A DNA stretch of 35,297 bases, from NCBI GenBank assembly GCA_048213135.1, contig PS015383.1, positions 76,167-111,463 on the forward strand. The letters are read 5' to 3'. The notes beneath the pieces were generated by a model. It ran no database searches. It saw only the letters and a list, made by a program, of their open reading frames with translations, and was not told the DNA's origin. The DNA comes from Reclinomonas americana ATCC 50394. Its lineage: Eukaryota. Positions 13,599-23,247 of the stretch are shown here, in pieces; position 1 is the stretch's first letter, and each line of letters opens with the position of its first letter. Made by a program: the position numbers and the translations under genes.

Positions 13599-16500
13599 AT
13601 GCCTGGTGACGACGATCTTCTGCTGACGGAGCTGCCTCGTCGGTGAGTGTTGCGATGTTCACGAAAGAAAAGAATGATCCTCTTTTCCTCCACTGTCTCT
13701 TGGCTCTTGAGCACGACGCCCCGTTATGGCGCGTCTTTTCGTGTGGGACTTCTTGATTAGAGTGCGCCTTTTGGCGCCACAGACCGCATTTCGTACAATT
13801 TCCTTTTCTTTGTCGAGTGTCAGAGAGGAGACAACTTCCTCTCGTACTCCTTCACCGCACCTGACCGTTGGCCATGATTTCGACACACAGAGGCCGTCTG
13901 AAGTGGACGCAGGAGCTCACCGACATCTTCGAGCAAGGCATCGCCAACCTGGCGTACGCAAAAATCCGTGAGTTGTTGCAGTGACGACGTGCGTGTACAT
14001 GTGTGAAAACACTGCTAACGACTTCTTGCTGCCAACAGCGCTGGCGCCCAAGGCTCTCCGCCGCGCCATGATTGATATCGAGCCAGAGCTGGAGGTTGAA
14101 GGACTTTCACTGGCGCACGTAAAAAGGCGAGTGGTGCGTGTTCGCGCGCGTACACACACACACACCCCGTAATATTATTGTGTCCGCATGTTCGTCTGCT
14201 CTTTTGCCAATCACTCTCTCGCTGCCACTTTTCTGCACTTCTTCTTTTGCTGTCGTGCTGAGTTTCTCTTTGATACTGCGATGAGTGAGCCAGAGAGTGT
14301 GACGCTCGTAAGAGAAACCCGTTACACGGGTGTTTCTGTGATTCGCTGCGTGCTTTTTTGCAATCCCGTTTTGCCGACTGCTGCAATAACATTAACGGAC
14401 AACTCATGTTGCACCGCACCTACTATTGCTGTATCTGCTGCTCCTAGTGGCACACTGTTGTGGGTACGGATCTGTTGTGCTGCTGCGGCGCTGTGCGCTG
14501 TCGCCTCGACGGCTACTGTCTTCTCCTTTTTTGTCTGACTACACTGTTCTTTCACTCGCCGTGCGTCTTTCGTGGATGTACACGTGAGTGTGCATTGCTG
14601 GATGTGCACACGCTCTTTCGCCATGTGCCTCCTCCTGCGGTCGCCTTTCTCTAGCACGATTCTCGTCTGCACTCCGCACCTTTTCTACCCGCACGCATCC
14701 AATATTATCACGGACACTATGTGCGAGAGTATGTGCAGCGAATTATTGTTGTAGTTGCCTCATTGCCGACATACACAATCGGGTCCTCTTTCTCTCTTTC
14801 CCTTTCGCAATCTATCACCCCGCTGCTGCCACCGCACAAGACACGAAGACTCACTTTTGTGCGCACATGTGTGTGAACAGTCACTTGCAGAAGTGGCGCG
14901 TGGCCCGCCGCGCCGAGGAGGCGCAGTTGCGCCGCGCAGCTATGAGCGCGGCGCGCAAGGCCGGTGGTTCAGTGCTGCACGACAACAGCAGCGCAGTGCA
15001 CGCATTGGCTGGAGCAACCGCTTGCCGATTCACCGGCGCCGTCACCTCCACCACCGCCGGCAGTTCGGCTGCCGATAGTGACGATGAAGATGGCGTCGCC
15101 GGTTTTGCGCCTTTCGGAATTCCCGGCGGCATTGACGGCGCTGAGCCGTGCAAGTGGGACTGGAATCAGCACAAGCCGGCGGTGCTGCTGGCACCCACCC
15201 GCCAGTCGGATACGGCGTGGGAGTTCCGTGTCGACACCGACATGTGCGCTTTCGATGCCGCCTCGTACTCGTTTGCGTCCATGGCACAGGCGGTTCCCGC
15301 CGCTGCCGCCCTTCGCCTCACTATGCCGCCGCGCCCGATGCAGCCGGTACCGACCGTGGGTACCTGGACGGTGCCTGCCTCGGCTCCAGTGCCGCCACCA
15401 CAGCCGTCGAGTGGACACGTGCATGCCTCCACTCTCCATCCGTCTCCGATCGGTCAGTCATCGTTCCACACGATACGCTCGGTGCCAGCGCATGCGTACA
15501 ACAGCAGCAGCAGCGCGGGCTGGATGTCGGACTCTTCGATACAGAGTCGCGTCACTGCCAGTTCGCTGATTCACATTAGCGATGTGGCGCCGACCACTGA
15601 CGACGACGGCGACGACTCGGACCGCAGCCGTGTGCGCCGTTTCATCATCTCGTCGGCACTCGATCCGCTGCCACTCTCGCCGTCACGCAGTCGTGCACCG
15701 CTGGCGTCGGCCACCTCTGTCTCCGCCGCTGCTCGCCTCAATGCCGCCATGGCGGACGAGTACGAAGCCGACGACGATGGCGACGGATCGGCACCATCGT
15801 GTCGCATCGCCTTCCCGTCGTCGACTGTGGGCGCCGCGCGACAGACACAGCCAACTGTGCCTCCGCGCCGACCACAACCACACCAGGCCCTCGGCGGATT
15901 CGTGCAACCGCTGTCGTCGCCCAGTCGCGCTGCATTTCGCCACATTCACGGTCGTCGCACCGAGTCAACCACCACCGGCGCGTGCGCACCACTGACTGCG
16001 CAGGATGGCGGCAATGCCGTCACCCCTTCTCCTTCTTCTGCGCCGTTGCCGCCGCTGCCGACGCCAGTGATCTTCGGATCGGGGTCGTTTCCCGTTCATG
16101 CCGCCACCACTGCCGCGTACCCACACTCCGGCCTCCCAGTCCAGTCGCAGCAGCAGCAGCAACTCCCACAACAAGACCAACAGCAGCAGCAGCAGCCGGT
16201 AGCTCCGTCTGAGCTGCAGCAGCTGGCCGAGTCGGTCGACATCCACCAACCACTGGATGGCGAGCGCCATCTGCCGTCGGCCTTTGATCCGACCGAGTCG
16301 TGGGGCTCGGAGATCGACGACGACGAGGAGACACTGACGACGCCATCGACCACTGGCCGTCACACCACCCTGGACTCACATTTTCACCCGGTGGTGAGTT
16401 CTTCCATCATCATTCTGGCGCGAGTCTCCGCACACTGTCACTCACCCTCCCCCCCTTTCCCCGCACAGAGTCCACCCCACGTAGACCATGTCGGAGGGCT

Positions 16501-16714
16501 GGCCATGGACTGGCCGCCGTGCACCTTTGCCGACGACTTCATGTGCGGCTCGTCGGTGATGACGGGAGGTGCACCCTTGTCGTACTTTGGGCCGGCCCCG
16601 CAGCGCCTAAGCGTGCCACACGCACTGCACGACGCCAGCTGCTTCCTCAAGGCCAACGTTGCCCGCCACACGGGCTCCATGCTCCTCGACGATGCGATGC
16701 ACGGTCACTCGTGA
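13599..16714 (+). CDS. GARP/G2-like Myb transcription factor, paralogue 2
   Basis: Exons 13599-13642, 13891-13967, 14039-14126, 14881-16393 and 16469-16714 give PRRGRLKWTQELTDIFEQGIANLAYAKIPLAPKALRRAMIDIEPELEVEGLSLAHVKSHLQKWR. It shares both intra-domain intron positions with paralogue 1. The third intron is GC-AG (14127-14880). Further upstream exons are possible (acceptor at 13585). Confidence 0.85.
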
Positions 16715-17471
16715 TTCATGACCGCCGTCCACATGCAAGAGGCACAACGCCCTGTGCCTCTTGCTTACTGTTCTCGCCTTGCCTTGCCTTTTCCTCTCCT
16801 TTTGTTGCCAAATCCTGTCCTAGCTATAGTGTTCGTTCTACGTCGACGAGCCGCACCGCTAACTATGTGTGCATACTTCTCTTATCCTTCCTTCCTTGCC
16901 CGCCCCTCCCCTTCCGTTGGCTTCTCTGCTTTGCACATCGGTGCGTCTCTGTGCTCGACGTTGTTGCTTTTGTTGATTGTGTGTTGGGAACTCGAGCGCG
17001 CCCCGTGTGACTCGCTTTGTTGCTGAGCCACATGTCCGTGCGCCTCTGTTCTCTCGCTCCCCCCTAGTGTTGTGACGACGGTGAATGAAATCGACGTCGT
17101 TGTCTCTACTCCCCCACAAGATGATCATGATGTCCTGCTGCAAACTCCCTTCATTGTGGTCGTGTGCACACACGCCGCTCTTCCGTCCTTGGCCCCCGCG
17201 CACAAACAGAAGGCGTGTGTAAGAGAGTGTGTGCGAGAGAGAAGGGAAGGACAGCACATCGCACGTGTGTGGAATCAAGTCCGGAGGTGCTTACGACATC
17301 TGTATCAGTCGCCTGCGCGCTCTCTCTGTTCTCCACAACTCGTCAGTGTGTGCACGCACACACGCACTGACGAACTGCGGGGATGGGGTGTGGCCCATCA
17401 CGCGCATTAGAGGTCTGTGTGTGCGTGTGTGTGTATGCATTTGTGTGTGCGCGCGGGATGCGTTTACTGAA

Positions 17472-17491
17472 NNNNNNNNNNNNNNNNNNNN
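17472..17491. other. Assembly gap (20 N)
   Basis: Run of N; true size unknown, so the flanks may not be adjacent. Confidence 0.99.
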
Positions 17492-18002
17492 TGGTGCGGC
17501 GGCGGCGGCGGCGGCCGAGAATTTGCAGGTGGCGCGCGGAGATCCTGTGCGCCGCGCGTCGGTGACCAGTGTCAGCATGATACCGACGACGCAGGGCTCG
17601 TTTTATGGGACGCAGAGCGACATGACCCCGGAGGGCATGCTGTCGCGCATGCAGTCCATGGTCACGTTTGCGCACGGGCAGGGGGCGCCGGCGGGCGCGC
17701 TGCTGGACCCGCTGAGCCGCGGGTCTTCGTTTGCGAGTGGGCCGCCGTCTGCGCTGCTGTACTCGCAGCAACAGGTGGGTGGGCCGCTGTCGCCGACCAC
17801 GCCCACCAAGGGCGCGCCGCTGAGTGCCGGCCACGAGGTGATTCCGATGGTGTCGATGACCACGGCCGGCACGCGATCGGTGCCCGTGGTGCCGCCATTA
17901 CCACTGCACGAGCTCAATAAGCCGCGGCCGCAAAAGCAGCATCGACGGGACGATAGTAAGATTGTTTTGCCGCCACCGGGCGTCGACACGCCCATCTTGT
18001 AG
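17492..18002 (+). CDS. 3' terminal exon of an unknown gene (5' part lost in the gap)
   Basis: Open, GC3-rich frame AAAAENLQVARGDPVRRASVTSVSM...VPVVPPLPLHELNKP...DTPIL* with TAG ending at 18002, followed by an AT-rich 3' region. Confidence 0.65.
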
Positions 18003-18128
18003 TTAATACCCTCCACCCAATTAATGTAATCGTTTCTTCACCATCACGTTCAGTATTTTCCCTCTCATCATCCCGAGGAAGTGACACAGACGTGCACACA
18101 AAATAAAAAAAGAACAAAACACAGAGTG

Positions 18129-21100
18129 CTACGACGGCGGCGCGTAGGTCGAGACGCCAGTTGCCGGATTGTAGTAGTAGACGCGTCCTTGCGCGTCGTA
18201 GTAGGCTTGCCAGGCGGTCGCTGCACTCGAAAGAGTGAGGATGCGGGAAAAAAGAATGAGAAGAGGAGCGTGCTAGGTGACGCAACGTTGTGGCGCTGCC
18301 GGCTGCGGGGCATAGGTCGGGTACGCATACTGGGAAGCGGGAGGCGCATACTGGGAAACGGGAGGCGCGTACGGAGCATACTGCTGTTGCTGAGGTGGAG
18401 CATACTGCTGTTGCTGCGGCGGGGCGTATTGTTGTTGCTGAGGTGGAGCATATTGCTGTTGCGGCGGAGCATATTGCTGCTGCTGCTGCTGCTGTTGTTG
18501 TTGTGCGTACGCCGCAGCGGTGACGGCGGTGGCAGACTGGGTGTAGGCGCTCGCGTAGCCGGACGGTGGCATGTACGCTTGACCGGCGGGCAACGTGTAG
18601 GGCGACGCTGACGCCGGCAGTGTCGTGGCGACGGGCGCCGCGGCTGGGGGCAGCGTGGCGGCGGAGGCGGTGGTGGCGGGCGCGGCAGCGACAACCACTG
18701 GAGCAGCTGGATTGTAGGCGGGCGGCGGTGGAGCGGACACTACTGGAGCGGCTGGATTGTAGGCTGGTGCCGGAGCAGCAGCCGGGAGTGTGGCGGCAGT
18801 GGCTGCAGGGAAGGCGGTTAGTGAGGGAAGACCGATGAATGACACACACATGCACTGGAGAAAGCACAAAAACGCACCAGTGACTGGCTGGCCCGCCGCT
18901 AATGTGGAAATGTACGGCGAAATGTACGAGTTGCCGAGAGAGGCTGGTGTGACAAAACGCATCGGCGTCAAGCCGCTGCTCGGGTCGGTCGATGCGGCCG
19001 CCGGCGCGGGGGAAGGCTGCCGCGGGGCGACCGTGGCTGTCGGCGACGACGATCGAGAACCCGGTGCGGCCAGGAAGCTGCCGCCAGTGGCCGGAGCCGG
19101 AGCCCACATGGCATACGATCCGGAGCCTGCAGTGGAGCTGGAACCGGAGCCAGAGCCGGACCGAGGGGCGGCCGGTGCAGCAGGCCCGCCGGCGGTCGCC
19201 GTCGGGGCGACCATGGGAACGGCAGCGGCAACAGGAGTGGCCCACATGGAAGCTGGCGCGGCGGAGGCCGCCGTGGTGGTCGTAGTCGTCGTCGTCATTG
19301 GTGGCGGCATCATCGCCTGCACGGGCGCACTGACGACCACCGGAGCACTTTCGTTGAACATTGGCGGCGGCGGCGGCGGCGCAGCAACGGCGACCGGAAG
19401 ACCAGTGGCAGTGGCCACAGGGGCGGCGACCGGCGTGCTGCACGTACCGTCAGACTCGTGCTGGTGGACGGGAAGAGTGAGAGAGGCGACACACCTGGCA
19501 GCTCGCTGCGACGGCGCTTGCACCAGAATCGGCGTGTTCGCCGGTGAGTGGGTGGGCGGTGGTGGCAACCAGTCGCGTGGTGCCTCCGGGGCAGCCTGCA
19601 TGCATACAAGGTGAGTATGAGGCCCAATCGAAGCGAGTGCGCTACAAGAACGAGAGACACACACCGAAGCTACCGACGACTGCGAATCGGTGGCCATGGT
19701 TCTCGTTGGCTCCGCGCCTCCAGCAACAGACACTGCGACGGCAGATGGTGAGTGTGGGGGCGGAGCAGTGCAGACGCGCAGTCTCATACGGAACTTTGTG
19801 CAAATGCCGCAGTCGCAGGTGCAATGCCTGCGCGACACCGTCAGAAGAATAAGAAGGACGAGTCATCTCTGCATAAAATACCACGCAACTCTCGGGTGCC
19901 TGGACGACGCGCATCGGGGTCGGTGCTGCCGGCGCCACAGCGGCCTCGATGTAGTCCATATACTGCAGCCGAGGAGCGAATACGTCCGACGGTTTGATGT
20001 GCTGTGCGACGCGCATCGTGAGACAATGGCACACCGCCAGCACATTAGTGCAATCAAGTGCGTCACCGTGGTACAAATCGGATGCGTGACGAAAATCTGC
20101 ACTCACACAGAAGGAGTGAGTGAGTGACGTGAGGACAGAGAGAAAGAATGCGAGAAACACAGGTCGCAGCAAGCGCAACTGGGAGCTCCATATGCACTTT
20201 CCGCTTCTTCTTGTTGCGCTTTTCGACTTCCACGTCGGCAAACACAAAGTAGGCAATGCGCACGAGGACGCCGCGGATACACGGCGGCGTCTGTGCCGGA
20301 ATCTCCAGCGACATGACCAGTGCGTCGGCATCAAAGTTGCCACTGGTGAGAACCGTGGTCTCGTCCGTGGTCTTGCCGTGCGCACGAAGCGTCTTGGTGC
20401 GCACCAGCGTTGCTGCCACATTCAACAGCACTGCACGCAACAAGCCACAGGTGAGGGCGCTGTGCCCGAGACAAGGAGCGTGAAAGGCAAGCAGAACGCA
20501 ACTGGCATCCGTCGACACGGTAAACGACACCACATCGCCAGCAAACTGCACCTGCCGCTCCGCTTGCAGCCTACGGAGTGTGAGTCGAACGCACCCAGCG
20601 ACAACGACAGAGGAGCATAACGCAACGACACCGAGTACGTCTTCTTGGTGACGGTCTTCACCACCGGCTGGAAAAACGCCTCGTCCTCCGACAACAAACA
20701 CTTTTGCAGCACAAACAGCGCCGCCCCGTCCTCAAACGCATCCGGCTGGCTCGCCGCACTGGCCACCGCAAAGTACGCCGAGGCCTGTGCCCACACTTTG
20801 CATCAACAACTCGTCCTCTTGCACGCAGACGACTGGCGTGCAAGGTAACCTGTCGCTTGGCGGCCACACATCGCACTCGGATCTCATATTGAATGTAGCC
20901 GGCCGAGTACGTGACCGTCGACACGGCATCGTCTTGCAAGTAGCATGAGAATGGCAGCTTGTACACTCCCGGTGCCATGACACAGCAACCAGTCGCCGCA
21001 TCGCGACCTGCAAGTGAGTGAGAAATCAGAGAAGGAACAATTGCAACACTGGTGCAGACTGAAGACTGAGAATGCGGAACTTTGCACCATGTGATCGGGA

Positions 21101-21492
21101 ATGATGAGGTTGCTGTCCTCTTGCGTCACCTCCGATGTCTCTGTGTGGCAGCGGCTTGCTGAGCAACAGCACACGGAGACAGAGAGAGAGACGGGCGCGG
21201 AATGTACCCTTGTGCGACTCGTCGAGCTTGACCAACTCTTTGCCAAAGACGCGCACACGCAGCAACGCAATCGCACGCTCCTCCGCCAGCTCCAGTGTCA
21301 CAGTGCCAGTCACCACTATAACACACAGTGTGTGTGAGAGCGAGAGAGAGACACAGACACACACACACACATAAGCGCGCAACTGCTTCCGCTGACGACA
21401 ATGCCTCGTCCAGGCACCTCAATGTGCACTGCACTCTCGCGCGGGATGTTGACAGCAGCAGCAGCTGCAGCAGCTGCAGTGGGCGCCCACAT
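18129..21492 (-). CDS. Alpha-arrestin-like protein (arrestin N + C domains) with Pro/Ala/Tyr/Gln-rich tail, PPxY motif and C-terminal WW domain (~15 exons)
   Basis: ATG at 21492. Arrestin-N: GSMVTGTVTLEL...LRVRVFGKE...MAPGVYKLPFSCYL...GYIQYEIRV. Arrestin-C: FAGDVVSFTV...LEIPAQTPPCIRGVLVRIAYFVFADV...MELPIFV. Phase-compatible linker exons (APESIAPATAAFAQMSVAGG) join these to the PPPPAY and YAPPQQQQ region. The last exon reads PTAWQAYYDAQGRVYYYNPATGVSTYAPPS*, a WW domain; TAG at 18129-18131. Confidence 0.82.
18325..18510 (-). repeat. Coding tandem repeat (YAPPQQQ(Q))x4 plus degenerate YAPP units and poly-Q
   Basis: 21-24 nt units in the arrestin-WW tail: YAPPQQQ-YAPPQQQQ-YAPPQQQQ-YAPPQQQQ-YAPYAPPVSQ-YAPPASQ. 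Confidence 0.9.
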
Positions 21493-21572
21493 CGATGTTT
21501 AATTAAAGACAAAAGAGACACAACTTGGCGAATTTGCATACGAGCTTCCTTCGTTGCTTTGTTTGTGTGTCA
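21493..21572. promoter_or_regulatory. Putative bidirectional promoter (80 bp between divergent ATGs)
   Basis: Arrestin ATG at 21492 (-) and RING ATG at 21573 (+). The spacer is AT-rich and contains TTTAATTAAA, with a purine-rich left half and a pyrimidine-rich right half. Confidence 0.6.
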
Positions 21573-22740
21573 ATGGCAACGCAAGCAACGAGTAACAGTG
21601 ATAGTGGTGGTATAGGCCGACTAGTGCACATTGCATGCTCCATTGTTGTGGCCGGAGCAAGCTTCTTTATGATCAAGATCACCGACGCAGTTTCGTGTGT
21701 TCTGTTCTCTCTCTTTCTTTGCGCGTGTCTGTGTTTTTCTCATGTGCAAAGCAGCTTCTTTTGTACACTGGAGAACCGGGTCAGCGACGCGCGTCGGAGT
21801 TGATTGAGGAGAGAGAGGATGAGTTCTTTCATGCGAGTTCCGCGCGGCGACGAGTCTACATGCAGCGCTTGATTGCGGCTCCGCGAAGTGCGCCACCACA
21901 GGCAGCAGCTCCTCCTCCTCCACCACAACCAGTGCAGCAGCAACAACAGCAACAAGTTCTCTTTCAACCCAGGCTCAGTTGCGTTTCTTGGTTGCTGTCC
22001 TTGTGATGTTGTTGTTGTCAGTCGTGCTCACTCTCTATCGTTTTGCACAGTGGATGTGCCGTTTCGTGTGATCGTTTGTCTCTCTTTGTTCTGCACACGT
22101 TGATCTTGTTGTTGTTGTTGGCGACAGTGAGCATCTCGCGGAGCATGTCAATCGTTTGTTGCAAGTGTGGAGTCGTTGCGTTCTGTTTGTTGTTTTTGGT
22201 GTGTGTTGTGTGGCGAGAGTGCTCATCTGTGTGTGTGTGGAATGTGGCGTAGAGGTCATGGGGATCAGTTGCGTCTGCGTTGTTGATTGTGGTTATCGAC
22301 GAGGCTGTCACTGATTGCTTCTCGTTTCTGTGTGGCCAGACTTGCATGATTTGCCTGTTGCGTGCCTCTTTTGTGTTGTCTTTTTGATGATGCGTGGTGG
22401 ATGCTCATGGCTGGTGTGCGAGTAGATTCGCGGAGAGGCCCTCGACGGCAATCGAATCGACCAGCACACTGCAATTCAAGTGTGTCGGACCGCGAATGAT
22501 CTGCTTGCTTCCGACGGTTCCGGCGACATGTTTCGTGTTTTCTTGCACGCACCGGTCATCCATCTGCTTGCTGACTCCGTTGTGCACAGTTGTGCCGTTT
22601 GCTTGGACCCGTATAACATCGACGAGCGACTACGAGTGCTTCCGTGTCATCACCGCTTCCATGTTGCGTGCATCGATGCGTGGCTCCAGCGCAACAGTCT
22701 GTGCCCCACATGCCGCCACGACGTCCTGGTTCCTGCGTGA
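21573..22740 (+). CDS. Transmembrane RING-H2 E3 ubiquitin ligase (ATL/RNF-like architecture), 8 exons including 4 microexons
   Basis: Exons 21573-21689, 21755-21977, 22051-22060, 22128-22153, 22253-22267, 22340-22356, 22426-22529 and 22590-22740. N-terminal hydrophobic segment LVHIACSIVVAGASFFMI, GLD-like ALDGNRIDQHT, and RING-H2 CAVCLDPY...LPCHHRFHVACIDAWLQRNSLCPTCR. Confidence 0.88.
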
Positions 22741-22855
22741 GCCAAGTACACCCACCCCGTCGTGACACTATGCTTGGTGTCTTTCTTTTTACAGGAGCGA
22801 CTTATGGCGGCACTAGAGAACTCTTATCTACACACGCCAACACGATAGACTGACT

Positions 22856-22889
<34 letters not shown>

Positions 22890-22903
22890 CAAATGCCCGC
22901 GTC

Positions 22904-23193
22904 TCAGCGGCGGCCGGATGACTTCGGCACCGCTGCAGGCGACGAGCGAGTACCGGCTCCACGCACGAGTGGCGGCGACACTGACCGCGTACCACCGCGA
23001 GTCGGGGATGTGCGCTTGTGTTCGGGTGAGTCGGCTTTGGTCTTGCGTGGTGCAAGACCCACTGGAGTGGTACCCGGTGGCATCACCCGGTGCGAAACCT
23101 TGCGCGGCTGTGTCGCACGGTGGACGGTAAACACCGACTGCACACAGGAAGAATTCGGGGGTGAGACGAGAACCGCAATCGCACACACACAGA

Positions 23194-23247
<54 letters not shown>

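Noticed and set aside
17050-17470. Possible small exons of a minus-strand gene left of the 20-N gap
   Set aside because: Splice-like signals are present, but there is no recognisable protein and no unique frame.
19780-20097. RhoGAP-like look of ORF text (NVLAVCHCL...YMDYIEAA...LRLRHLHKV)
   Set aside because: A better splice model (ELP|IFVTHPICTT|HIKPS...APES|IAPATAAFAQ) makes those segments intronic or out of frame and restores the arrestin 'LPI' ending.
21532-21539. Octamer motif ATTTGCAT in the arrestin/RING spacer
   Set aside because: A single 8-mer with no evidence for POU-type factors; compatible with chance.
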